Source: Dehalococcoidia bacterium | GTDB taxonomy: Bacteria > Chloroflexota > Dehalococcoidia > Lucifugimonadales > Australimonadaceae | DNA length: 64,000 bases | Assembly (NCBI GenBank): GCA_965220225.1 | Contig: OZ244813.1 | Location: 2,826,570-2,890,569 of the forward strand | Direction of reading: 5' to 3' | Shown: piece by piece, positions 48,246 through 57,390 of the stretch | How positions within the stretch are numbered: the stretch's first letter is position 1 | Layout of the letters: every line of letters starts with the position of its first letter | The notes under the pieces: generated by a model | Told to the model about the DNA's origin: nothing | Database searches by the model: none | What the model saw: the letters and a program-made list of their open reading frames with translations, nothing else | Made by a program: the position numbers and the translations under genes

Positions 48246-49949
48246 ATGACTACCCAACCCGTCCCCGCGCCTGAACAATCCCATATCCCGGACACCCTCC
48301 CGCCGCAGGACAGGGCATACGCCGACCGCCTCACCCGCGCCCTCCGCTGCGGCGTACCCGGCTGCGAGTGCGCCGACGGCCCTATGGTCCACTGTCCCTC
48401 CCACAGCCACGCCGAGGTCCCGACCCTCACCGTCTCCTACGACCCGAAACGCGGCTTCGACTTCCAATGCCTCGTCTGTCCCCCGTTCCGAATCCGGGAC
48501 GCCCTTGTGAAGCGCGGACTCGCGCCGGAAGGGGAGTTCTACACCGCCTTCGGCGCGCAGGAAGCCGGACTCCAACCCTTCTACTTCTTCATTCAGCAGC
48601 CCCAGGACTGGCTCTGGCCCAACCGCATACCGCTCGGCAAGCTCACCCTCATCGCCGGATACCCCTCATCCGGCAAGACCGCCATCGCACTCGACATCGC
48701 CGCCCGCGTCTCCCGTGGCGCAGCCGCCCCCGATCAGCCGGACTCCCTCTTTCCCTCCGCGCCCGTCGTCCTTGCACTGCTCGACGGCAACCCCAAGGCC
48801 GACGTCCTCCCAATCCTCCGCCTGTTCGGCGCCGACTTGGAACGCATCTACCTCGCCGACCTCCTCTCGCCCACGCACCCCGTCGACTACTACCCCGACG
48901 ACCCGCCTGAGGACGATGACGGCCCGTACTCCTTCGAGGACGACGACGGTCTCGATGATGAGGACGACGATGACGTCGAGTACCTGTTTGACAACGACGG
49001 CAACGAGACACGCGTTCCCCGACGCAAGCCGGTCGGCTTGAAAGCCCCCGTTCGCGACCCGTTCTGGACGCCCGCCACTTCCGGCTCGAAACTCACCGCC
49101 CCCTGGCCGCGCCTCGACAAGGTCATGGGACGGCTCGCCAACTACCTTGCCGAGGGGAAGGCCGCCCTCCTCGTCGTCGACCAGGTCGAAGACCTCGCCG
49201 CCATGCACCGCACTCACGTCGCCACCGTCCTGGGCATGCTCAAGGCGCTCGCCGCGCGCTCGGGCGCTGCCGTCGTCGCCCTCGCCCACAACCCCGCGCA
49301 GAACTACCCCCGCGCCGTCACCGCCATACAGAACCGCCTGCCCCTCGCCTCCGTCGTATTCACCACCGCCGTCGTCGAACCGGGCGGACGCCGCTTCCTC
49401 GTCCCCCTCCGCCCCGCCATGAGCGACGATACCCCCGCCATACCCTTCGTCCTTCCCCGTTCTCCGTCGCTCCCGCGGAAGCAGGAGCCTCGCACCCCAC
49501 CTCTCCCTCGGGGAGAGGTCGTCGCGCACAGTGCGGCGGGTGAGCCTCGCATCCCACCTCTCCCTCGGGGAGAGGTCGCCGCGCCCAGCGCGGCGGGTGA
49601 GGGTTTCACCGTCGCCTGGCGCAAGCCCGTCTTCCCCGCCCACATGAAAGCCCTCACCGAGCCCCGCCCCAACGACGGCGCGAAGACCCGCGCCGCGCAA
49701 ACCTTCCTCATGCGCGCCCTCAGCGATGGTCCTCGTCCCGCCGCCGATGTCGAGCGCGAGGCCGCTCTGATCGGCGTCTCGAAGTCCACGCTCGTCCGGG
49801 CCCGCGCGCTCTGCAACGTCAAAGCCTTTCGCGTCGGTACGCCCGGTACCCACACCGGTGCCGGCGCGTGGTACTGGTCCCTTCCGTCAGGAGACACTTT
49901 GCAACAGGATGAGACACCCGCCGCCCCAGCCGAAGTTGTAAACGGATGA
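48246..49949 (+). CDS. AAA_25/RepA-like ATPase with primase-type Zn-binding N-terminus
   Basis: CPSH..PTLTVS..FQC, WLWPNRIPLGKLTLIAGYPSSGKT (Walker A), LLVVD (Walker B), C-terminal wHTH-like segment ending WYWSLP. Confidence 0.8.
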   Translation: MTTQPVPAPEQSHIPDTLPPQDRAYADRLTRALRCGVPGCECADGPMVHCPSHSHAEVPTLTVSYDPKRGFDFQCLVCPPFRIRDALVKRGLAPEGEFYTAFGAQEAGLQPFYFFIQQPQDWLWPNRIPLGKLTLIAGYPSSGKTAIALDIAARVSRGAAAPDQPDSLFPSAPVVLALLDGNPKADVLPILRLFGADLERIYLADLLSPTHPVDYYPDDPPEDDDGPYSFEDDDGLDDEDDDDVEYLFDNDGNETRVPRRKPVGLKAPVRDPFWTPATSGSKLTAPWPRLDKVMGRLANYLAEGKAALLVVDQVEDLAAMHRTHVATVLGMLKALAARSGAAVVALAHNPAQNYPRAVTAIQNRLPLASVVFTTAVVEPGGRRFLVPLRPAMSDDTPAIPFVLPRSPSLPRKQEPRTPPLPRGEVVAHSAAGEPRIPPLPRGEVAAPSAAGEGFTVAWRKPVFPAHMKALTEPRPNDGAKTRAAQTFLMRALSDGPRPAADVEREAALIGVSKSTLVRARALCNVKAFRVGTPGTHTGAGAWYWSLPSGDTLQQDETPAAPAEVVNG

Positions 49950-49970
49950 GATTGTTATTGCCTTAATGGC

Positions 49971-50095
49971 GGGAAGCAGGCCGTGGCCTGTGAAATACCC
50001 CTCGAAGGGCGGTTAAGAATGTCAAAACAGACCCGCGCTCCACTCTTGGAAAACCGATTAAGAATGTCAGCGGTGTCCCCCGTTGACATCCTTAA
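49971..50095. repeat. Iteron-like TTAAGAATGTCA / TTGACATCCTTAA repeats after GGGAAGCAGGCCGTGGCCT
   Basis: Two direct copies and one inverted copy; homologous to 4695-4845. Confidence 0.65.
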
Positions 50096-50120
50096 TCAGA
50101 GCGAGACCCCTACTGCCTGC

Positions 50121-50280
50121 CCACCTCTCCCCCTGGGAGAGGTCGACGCGCTTGCGCGGCGGGTGAGGGTGACCCGGTGGCGTGGGGGCGGTGCCTTGTG
50201 TAGGGGCGTCCCTCGTGGGCGCCCTTCGGGCTCCCCTCGCCCTCTGGGAGAGGGGAACGCGCTTCAGCGCGCGGTGAGGG
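50121..50280. repeat. REP-like cluster (A-E-A)
   Basis: Two family A hairpins flanking TAGGGGCGTCCCTCGTGGGCGCCCT. Confidence 0.75.
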
Positions 50281-50291
50281 TTGGGGTCTTC

Positions 50292-50738
50292 TCAGCCGCC
50301 GACCTTCTTGGTCAGGTTGCGGCCGAACTCCTGCATGATGCCGTCCGTCTTGCGCTTGATGATGCCCTGGCCGAACTCGCCAAGCTTGCCCATGATGTTG
50401 GCGTCCGAGTGCACGACGAGGTTGCTGCCGCCGTCACCGGCGTCCTCGACCGCCATGTCGATCTTCACGCGGACGTTGCCCGGCACCTTGCGGTCCGCGC
50501 CCTCGCCGGTCATGGAGACGCGCATCGCGGCGTCGTCCCGGGAGTCCACCTGCAACTTGCCCACGAGTCCCAGCGCAACGGGGCCGACGCGCACCTTCAC
50601 CGTGCCGGTGTACGTTCCGTCCGTCTCGGCAACGTCCGCCGCGCCGGGGATGCACATGCCGACCGCCGGGATGTCCGTCACGAACGCCCAGAGCGCGTCC
50701 GGCGAAGCGTTGACCTTATAGGTGTAGCTGAAGTCCAT
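50292..50738 (-). CDS. CoxG/SRPBCC family protein
   Basis: CIPGA, VKVRVGPV and GKLGEFGQGII. Confidence 0.85.
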   Translation of the reverse strand: MDFSYTYKVNASPDALWAFVTDIPAVGMCIPGAADVAETDGTYTGTVKVRVGPVALGLVGKLQVDSRDDAAMRVSMTGEGADRKVPGNVRVKIDMAVEDAGDGGSNLVVHSDANIMGKLGEFGQGIIKRKTDGIMQEFGRNLTKKVGG

Positions 50739-51021
50739 TCGATGCCCTTTCAGGGAGAGGATCGCCCCGCGCGCGGCGGGGCCTCTCCCATGATAGGAGC
50801 GCACCCCCGCTCCGGCAACCGGAGTCCTTGCGGACCGCGCTCTGGCGTAATCTTTCCCACCCACCCGCCCGAACGCTTGTGGGGGACACCCCCACTCCCC
50901 CGGCATAGGGGCTCTGCCCCTCTGCACTCCCTATCGACATCTTTGCAGAGAGGCAGTTATTGCTCATCACGCGCCTCACGAGAGGGAGCAGACCCGAGGG
51001 CTCGTGGTAGGCTGGCCTCCC

Positions 51022-52491
51022 ATGCGTGCCCGCAGGCTCCCAACCAGACTGCTCCCCATCGCTGCCCTTCCGCTCCTCGTGCTCACCGCACTCGCGGGGG
51101 TTGCGCACGCTCCGAGCGCCGCCCTGCCCGCGCTGGAGCTGGAGCGCGTCTTCCCGGCGCTGACGTTCGAGCGGCCCGTGCTGCTCACCCACGCGGGCGA
51201 CGGCTCAGGGCGGGTGTACGTCGTGGAGCAGCACGGCGTGGTCCACCGCATCGACCCCGCTACGCCGGACCGGACGGACGTCTTCCTGGACATCAGCCCG
51301 CGCGTGAGCCGTCGAGGGAACGAGGAGGGGCTGCTGGGGCTGGCGTTCGACCCTGCGTTCCCGGAGAACGGGCGCTTCTACGTCTACTACAGCGCGGCGT
51401 CGCCTCGCCGGTCGGTGCTGTCGCGGTTCGAGACCGGCGCGAACGGGCTGGGCGACCCCGCATCGGAGGCCGTGCTGCTGGAAGTGGCCCAGCCGTACTC
51501 CAACCACAACGGCGGGATGATCGAGTTCGGGCCGGACGGCATGCTCTACGTGGCGCTCGGCGACGGAGGCTCCGCGGGCGACCCGCGGCGCCACGGGCAG
51601 GACCTCGGCACGCTGCTGGGCGCCATCCTCCGCATCGACGTGACGCAGCCGGCGGGCGGCGCTCCGTACGCGATACCCGCCGACAACCCGTTCGCCGGAC
51701 GCGACGACGCCCGCGGCGAGATATGGGCCTACGGCCTCCGCAACGCGTGGCGCTTCTCGTTCGACCGGGAGACCGGCGACCTGTGGACGGGCGACGTCGG
51801 CCAGAACGCGCTGGAGGAGGTGGACGTCGTCCGGCGAGGCCGCAACTACGGCTGGAACGAGATGGAGGGCTCGCGCTGCTTCCGGCCTGCGTGCGACCCC
51901 GGCGCCTTCGAGCCGCCCGTCGCGGAGTACGGGCGCGACATGGGCTGCTCGATCACCGGCGGCTACGTCTACCGCGGGCAGCGCGTCCCCGACCTGCGCG
52001 GCGTTTACCTGTACGCGGACTTCTGCTCCGGGCGCATCTGGGGACTCCGCTACGACGGCGAGCGCGTCACGGAGCAGGCACAACTCGCCCGTGCCGAGTT
52101 CCAGGTGCCGTCGTTCGGAGAGGACGAGGCGGGCGAGGTCTACGTGCTCGGGTTCGACGGGGGCATCTACACGTTCGCCGGGCCGCCCGGACAGGCGACG
52201 CAGCCCTCACCCACGCCCACAGGAACGGTTGCGGAACCCGGCCCTACCCCGCAGGTCCACCCTCTCCCCAGCCCTCTCCCCTCGAGGGAGAGGGGGTCGG
52301 ACGCTCCTTCGCCCACCCCAACGAGCCCGCCCGGGCAGCCAACTCCGACACCCCAGGCTGCGATCGGCACGCACATGCCCTCGATGTCAGGCGGTGGCGC
52401 CGCGTGGGGCATCGTCGTGGCGGCGATCGTGGTGGCCGCGCTCGCGGGCGGAGTCGTCTACGCCGGGCGGCGGTTCCGGAGGAGGCGTTAG
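51022..52491 (+). CDS. PQQ-dependent glucose/sorbosone dehydrogenase family protein with C-terminal TM anchor
   Basis: NHNGG..FGPDGMLY..GDGG, IWAYGLRN.WRFSFD and DVGQ. Confidence 0.9.
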   Translation: MRARRLPTRLLPIAALPLLVLTALAGVAHAPSAALPALELERVFPALTFERPVLLTHAGDGSGRVYVVEQHGVVHRIDPATPDRTDVFLDISPRVSRRGNEEGLLGLAFDPAFPENGRFYVYYSAASPRRSVLSRFETGANGLGDPASEAVLLEVAQPYSNHNGGMIEFGPDGMLYVALGDGGSAGDPRRHGQDLGTLLGAILRIDVTQPAGGAPYAIPADNPFAGRDDARGEIWAYGLRNAWRFSFDRETGDLWTGDVGQNALEEVDVVRRGRNYGWNEMEGSRCFRPACDPGAFEPPVAEYGRDMGCSITGGYVYRGQRVPDLRGVYLYADFCSGRIWGLRYDGERVTEQAQLARAEFQVPSFGEDEAGEVYVLGFDGGIYTFAGPPGQATQPSPTPTGTVAEPGPTPQVHPLPSPLPSRERGSDAPSPTPTSPPGQPTPTPQAAIGTHMPSMSGGGAAWGIVVAAIVVAALAGGVVYAGRRFRRRR

Positions 52492-53135
52492 CCCGCGGCG
52501 CCCCGCTTGAACATCTCCACTACCTCGTCCGCCGTGCGGATGCGCGCGAAGATGGGGAAGATGCGCTCCATGAACATGTTCAGGTTGTCGTCCGGGCCGG
52601 AGCAGGCGTCGCTGACGACCACGATGTTGAAATCGAGGTCGCGCGCCGAGTAGGCCGTGCTCGCGATGCCGATGTGGATCGCGCCGCCGAACAGGACGAT
52701 GGTGTCGATGCCCCTGGTGCGCAGGCTCAGCTGCAGGTGCGTCTGGTGGAACGAGCTCCACCGGTGCTTCGCGATCAGGTAGTCGTCCGGTGTCGGCGCC
52801 AGCTCGTCGATGACCTCGGAACTCCAGCTGCCGTGGGAGACGTTGCGGTACGCCGTCGTGAAGCCCTGGTCCGGGTCCTCCCACGGTTCGAGCGCGTAGT
52901 TCGTGTCGGAGTAGATGTGCGCCGAGTCCGACCCGTCAGGGCGGTGGTCGGCCTTCGGGTAGAACGACGGGACGCCGAGCGCCGACGCCACCTCCCGCAC
53001 CTTCACGCAGTTGGCCACGATCGGCTCCATCTTCCTCTGGTTCTCCTCGCTGGAGCCCCGGAAATAGACGTTGAGCATGTCGAAGAACACGAGTCCGGTC
53101 TTCTTCGGATCGAGCGCATCGTACGGCATCGCCAC
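52488..53135 (-). CDS. Isochorismatase-family hydrolase
   Basis: FDMLN, KHRWSSF and VVSDACS. Confidence 0.85.
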   Translation of the reverse strand: MAMPYDALDPKKTGLVFFDMLNVYFRGSSEENQRKMEPIVANCVKVREVASALGVPSFYPKADHRPDGSDSAHIYSDTNYALEPWEDPDQGFTTAYRNVSHGSWSSEVIDELAPTPDDYLIAKHRWSSFHQTHLQLSLRTRGIDTIVLFGGAIHIGIASTAYSARDLDFNIVVVSDACSGPDDNLNMFMERIFPIFARIRTADEVVEMFKRGAAG

Positions 53136-53241
53136 CCTCCTTTTGGTCCGGCATCGGGGACGGCTGTAGGCTATGGTTGCCCCGTTGCCGCGTCAAATCA
53201 ACATCGATGAACAGGATGGACAGAATGGGGGAACAAGCAGC

Positions 53242-54117
53242 ATGAGAGCCACGACACGCTTACGCGAACTGCTGGCCGCGCCGGGCATCGTCCCGGCGCC
53301 CGGAGCGTACGACTGCCTCAGCGCCGCCGTCATCGAGCGCGCCGGGTTCCCGGTCGTCTACATGACCGGCGCGGGAACGTCGATATCCCGGACCGGCTAC
53401 CCGGACATCGGCCTCACGACGATGAGCGAGATGGTGGCGAACGCGGCGGCCATCGCCCGCACGGTGAGCGTGCCCGTCATCGCCGACGCGGACACCGGCT
53501 ACGGCGACGTGCTGCAGGTGCGGCGCACGGTGCGCGAGTACGAGCGCGCGGGCGTCGCGGGCATCCACATCGAGGACCAGGAGTCGCCCAAGCGCTGCGG
53601 TCACCTGGACGACAAGCGCGTCGTGCCGGCAGAGGAGATGGTGCGCAAGCTGCACGCTGCGCTCGACGCCCGCGAGGACGACGACTTCACGATCATCGCC
53701 CGCTGCGACGCGCTCGCCGTCACCGGCTGGGACGACGCCCTCCGCCGCTGCGAGGCGTACGTCGAGGCGGGCGCGGACGTGCTCTTCCTGGAGGCGCTCC
53801 AGACGCGGGAGCAGGCGATGGACGTGACCGGCCGGTTCGACGTGCCCGTGCTCTACAACTTCGTCGAGACGGGGAAGTCCCCGCTGCTGCCCGTCGCCGA
53901 GCTGGAGGCGCTGGGGTTCAAGCTCGTGATATTCCCCATCAGCGCGATGCTCGCCGCGCTCAGGACGATGACCGACCTGATGCGCGAGCTGCGCGAGACG
54001 GGCACGACCGCGCACCTCGTCGCCGACCGCATGGTCAGCATCCAGGAGTGCTTCGACACCGTGGGGCTGTCCGACATGCTCGCGCTGGATGCGGCGTACG
54101 CCGGCTCCGTGAGGTGA
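53242..54117 (+). CDS. Isocitrate lyase/PEP mutase family (PrpB-like)
   Basis: ADADTGYG and HIEDQESPKRCGH. Confidence 0.9.
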   Translation: MRATTRLRELLAAPGIVPAPGAYDCLSAAVIERAGFPVVYMTGAGTSISRTGYPDIGLTTMSEMVANAAAIARTVSVPVIADADTGYGDVLQVRRTVREYERAGVAGIHIEDQESPKRCGHLDDKRVVPAEEMVRKLHAALDAREDDDFTIIARCDALAVTGWDDALRRCEAYVEAGADVLFLEALQTREQAMDVTGRFDVPVLYNFVETGKSPLLPVAELEALGFKLVIFPISAMLAALRTMTDLMRELRETGTTAHLVADRMVSIQECFDTVGLSDMLALDAAYAGSVR

Positions 54118-54135
54118 GACAGGCAAGCCCAACTC

Positions 54136-54357
54136 TTAGAGCAGCTCTACGAACTCCTCAACACCTATCCCAGCCTGCCTGATGATTGCGCGCAGGGTGC
54201 CACGGTCCAGTTCCCGGTGGTCGGGAACGACGAGTTGGGCAAAGGGGTCGTCTCGCCGCAGCACGATATGACTCCCGCGCTGACGTCTGACAGAGAATCC
54301 GACACTGACGAGGGCCTTGATGCACTCCTGCCCGGATATCCTGGGCAGCCCTGTCAT
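54136..54357 (-). CDS. hicA: HicA family toxin
   Basis: GF..RQRGSH and VVPDH..L.RGTL..I. Confidence 0.9.
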   Translation of the reverse strand: MTGLPRISGQECIKALVSVGFSVRRQRGSHIVLRRDDPFAQLVVPDHRELDRGTLRAIIRQAGIGVEEFVELL

Positions 54358-54560
54358 ACCGCTACGACTAGTGCCTCGAAGCGCTCTTCGGGAACCGGCA
54401 GGCCATCTTCCTCAAGGGCTGCCACGTACTCCCTGATGGCCTCCTTGATATTGGCGATAGCCGTGTCTTTAGTCTCTCCCTGGCTGATACAGCCGGGGAG
54501 GCTGGGACATTCAGCAACCCAGTAGCCGTCCTCACCCGGATGGAGCACCACTTGTCGCAT
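54354..54560 (-). CDS. hicB: HicB family antitoxin (short form)
   Basis: YWVAECPSLPGCISQGET...NIKEAI. Confidence 0.9.
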   Translation of the reverse strand: MRQVVLHPGEDGYWVAECPSLPGCISQGETKDTAIANIKEAIREYVAALEEDGLPVPEERFEALVVAV

Positions 54561-54659
54561 CGTTTCACCCTTCACCCGACTCTTGGCAACCTTTCTGAGG
54601 ATAGCACTCCACTCCTCCTGCTGACATGCTCGCACTCGATGCGGCTTGCGCGGGCAGTG

Positions 54660-56321
54660 CTATCCCCTCTGCCTGATGTCTCGCCGCTGGAACAGCACGA
54701 ATGACAGGCCGATGAGGACCACAGAGAGCGCGATCAGAACGGCAGCGTTTCCCCAGTCCATGCCGTTGTTGAGCGGGTCGCTGCCCAGGTAGTAGTGGAA
54801 CGGCGACAGCCACGCGATGCTGGCAAGGGCATCGTTGATGGCCACCAACGAGGTCAGCAGGTGGAAGGCAAGGGCCGCGCCCGCCGCCCCGAACACGGCA
54901 ACCGACGTGCGTCCCGTACCGGCACCGAGCGCCAGGGCGAGGGAGCCGAACACCAGACCCACCACCACCTGGAGCGCGGACGTCGCGGCGATGTTGCCTA
55001 TGGACATGCCGAGGTCGCCCAGCACGGAACCGAGCGCGACGCCAGCAAACGTCGCGACGCCGACGGCGATGCCGAACAACACCATCGTGACGGCCTTCTC
55101 CAGAACGATCCGGGACCGGGATATCGGATTGGACAGCAACAGCGCCATCGTCCTGCGCGACTCCTCCCCCGCCAGCGCTCCCGCGCCCATGATCGCCGTT
55201 ACCAGGATGACCGACAGGGGGGCCATCAGGCCGAAGGTCTCCAGCGTGTACCAACCCTCGGGCGTACCCAGGTCTCCGCCTCCGAAGAGCGCGATCAGCT
55301 CCTCCGGGAAGTTGTGGAACGCGATCCGCGTCTCCTCCGGCAACGACGCATACATCGGGCCCAACATGACGCCCATGACCAGGAACATCGCGGCCGACGT
55401 GACGAGGAGCAGGGTCTGGTAGTCCGAGACCGTCTTGACCCATATCGACGAGACCCTGGCCGAGCCGGCGAGCCGGCCGATCATCCTGTTGAGGAGCGGG
55501 TTGCCCCGCACCCTGTCCAGCAGCGAGGTGCCGACTGACTGGCTTCTCAGGTCACGGCGGTTGAACCCAACCAAGGCGACGACCAGGAGAGTGACAGACG
55601 CTGAAGCCAGCAGCGCCAGGTGTCCCCACGCAATGCCGTTGTAGACCGGCTCGCTGCCGTCGAAGTAGTACCAGGGGAACGCTTTCCGCAGGCCCTCCAG
55701 CCCCTGGACGAGGGGCAGGAGGCCCACGGCAAAGAAGGACAGCACCAGGATGCCCGACGCCGCGCCCGTCGCCGTGTCCCGATTGCCGGTCGCGGCGCCG
55801 ATGGCCAGGGCAAGCATCCCGTAGAAGACGGCGTTGACGTACAGGTGGAGCGCCAGGGCTTCCACGTTCAAGCCGCCGATCTCGACACCCAGCAGGGCGG
55901 CCATCGGGTGGACCGTGATCCAGATGGCGACGACGGCAAGTGCCGTGAGCAGGACGAGGGCCAGGACCTTGGACAGCAGGACGTGCGTGCGGCTCTTCGG
56001 GTTCGCGAGCAGGATGTTCATGGTGCCGTTCCGCTCCTCGCCCGCGATCGCCGCGCTGCCCATGACGAGCGCCATCACGGCCACCACCACGGCCCCGAAC
56101 GATCCGAAGACATAGCCGATCGCCAGACCCCCCACGTCGACATCCTCCCCGATGCCGAGCAACGAGCGGAACGCCTCAGGCAGCTCGGTGTAGACGGTGA
56201 GGTCGATGTCCCTGTAGGACGCCATCCCGAACAGCAGCAGCAGCGTGAGGCTGGCTGCCGAGATCGCCCACCCGAGCCAGCGGTCCCGCGCCACCTTGAG
56301 CGATATGCTGGAGAGCGCCAT
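54660..56321 (-). CDS. ABC-2 type permease (two tandem domains)
   Basis: Duplicated AGEE..TM.LL.NP.SR..I..K and PW/F.YY motifs. Confidence 0.88.
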   Translation of the reverse strand: MALSSISLKVARDRWLGWAISAASLTLLLLFGMASYRDIDLTVYTELPEAFRSLLGIGEDVDVGGLAIGYVFGSFGAVVVAVMALVMGSAAIAGEERNGTMNILLANPKSRTHVLLSKVLALVLLTALAVVAIWITVHPMAALLGVEIGGLNVEALALHLYVNAVFYGMLALAIGAATGNRDTATGAASGILVLSFFAVGLLPLVQGLEGLRKAFPWYYFDGSEPVYNGIAWGHLALLASASVTLLVVALVGFNRRDLRSQSVGTSLLDRVRGNPLLNRMIGRLAGSARVSSIWVKTVSDYQTLLLVTSAAMFLVMGVMLGPMYASLPEETRIAFHNFPEELIALFGGGDLGTPEGWYTLETFGLMAPLSVILVTAIMGAGALAGEESRRTMALLLSNPISRSRIVLEKAVTMVLFGIAVGVATFAGVALGSVLGDLGMSIGNIAATSALQVVVGLVFGSLALALGAGTGRTSVAVFGAAGAALAFHLLTSLVAINDALASIAWLSPFHYYLGSDPLNNGMDWGNAAVLIALSVVLIGLSFVLFQRRDIRQRG

Positions 56322-57226
56322 CACCCGGCCTCCTCGTCGGTGTGGTAGTACGTGAGGAATATCTCCTCGAGGTCCGTCTCGCTCGTCCTGATGTCCTCCA
56401 CGGCGTACCGGTCCGTTGCGGCCTTCAGGAGCTCGCCCATGTCGCCGTCGAAGGACATCTCGACGTGGACGCCGCTTGCGACGACGTTGCGCACGCCGGA
56501 AACGGCCTCGAAGACCGATGCGTCCGCCTCCGAGTCGAGCACGAACTCCACCCGGCGCATCGCCTTCGACCTGAGCTCCGCAACCGACTCCACCGTGATG
56601 AGATAACCGTCCCGGATGATCCCGACACGGTCCGCGACACGCTGGACCTCCGAGAGCGTATGGCTGGACAGGAAGACGGTGCACCCCTGCGCAGTCACCT
56701 CGCGCACCATGTTCTGGAACTCCCGCTGGACCAGCGGATCGAGCCCGGCCGTCGGCTCGTCCATAATCAGCAGGTCAGGCCGGTTCATGAAGGCCTGGAT
56801 GATCCCGACCTTCTGGCGATTCCCCGTCGACAGGTCCCCCACCTTCCTCGAAAGGTCGGAGGCCAGGCGTTCGGCCAGCTCGTCGACGTGGGCCCAGTCG
56901 ACGCCTCCGCGCATGTTCGCGAAGTACGTCAGGGTGTCCCGCCCTGTCAGGTTCGGGTACAGGGCGAGGTCTCCCGGGATGTAACCAATACGCCTTCTGA
57001 TCTCCACGGCATCCCGGTGCGCGTCCAGGCCGAGGATGGTGGCCGTACCGGCGGTGGGCCTGATCTCATCCAGCAACACCCTGATGGTCGTCGTCTTCCC
57101 CGCACCGTTCGGCCCGAGGAACCCGAAGATCTCGCCCTCCCCGACGTCCAGTTCCACGTCCTCGATGCCACGGTTCCTGCCGTAGTACTTCGTCAGTCCA
57201 CTCGTGTGAATGGCCGTCGTTGCCAT
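56321..57226 (-). CDS. ABC transporter ATP-binding protein
   Basis: GPNGAGKTT, LSTGNRQK, MDEPT and SSH. Confidence 0.93.
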   Translation of the reverse strand: MATTAIHTSGLTKYYGRNRGIEDVELDVGEGEIFGFLGPNGAGKTTTIRVLLDEIRPTAGTATILGLDAHRDAVEIRRRIGYIPGDLALYPNLTGRDTLTYFANMRGGVDWAHVDELAERLASDLSRKVGDLSTGNRQKVGIIQAFMNRPDLLIMDEPTAGLDPLVQREFQNMVREVTAQGCTVFLSSHTLSEVQRVADRVGIIRDGYLITVESVAELRSKAMRRVEFVLDSEADASVFEAVSGVRNVVASGVHVEMSFDGDMGELLKAATDRYAVEDIRTSETDLEEIFLTYYHTDEEAG

Positions 57227-57390
57227 GCGGCTGCCTCCCTGCAGGTCACTGGTCCTGCCCGAGCGTATCACGCGCGATTCCTTGCAGTATCCCGATCCCC
57301 CATCGTTCGGGAACCGCTGACCGGCGACATATTCCTGCCACATTTCACCCCTACCGTGAGCGGTGTCACGGATCTCACGAAGGAGGTGGA

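Noticed and set aside
49983-53210. 1075-aa ORF and other very long alternative-frame ORFs (4881-7343, 7443-10010, 30350-32884)
   Set aside because: Arg/Gly/Ala-rich shadows of real genes, expected in high-GC DNA.
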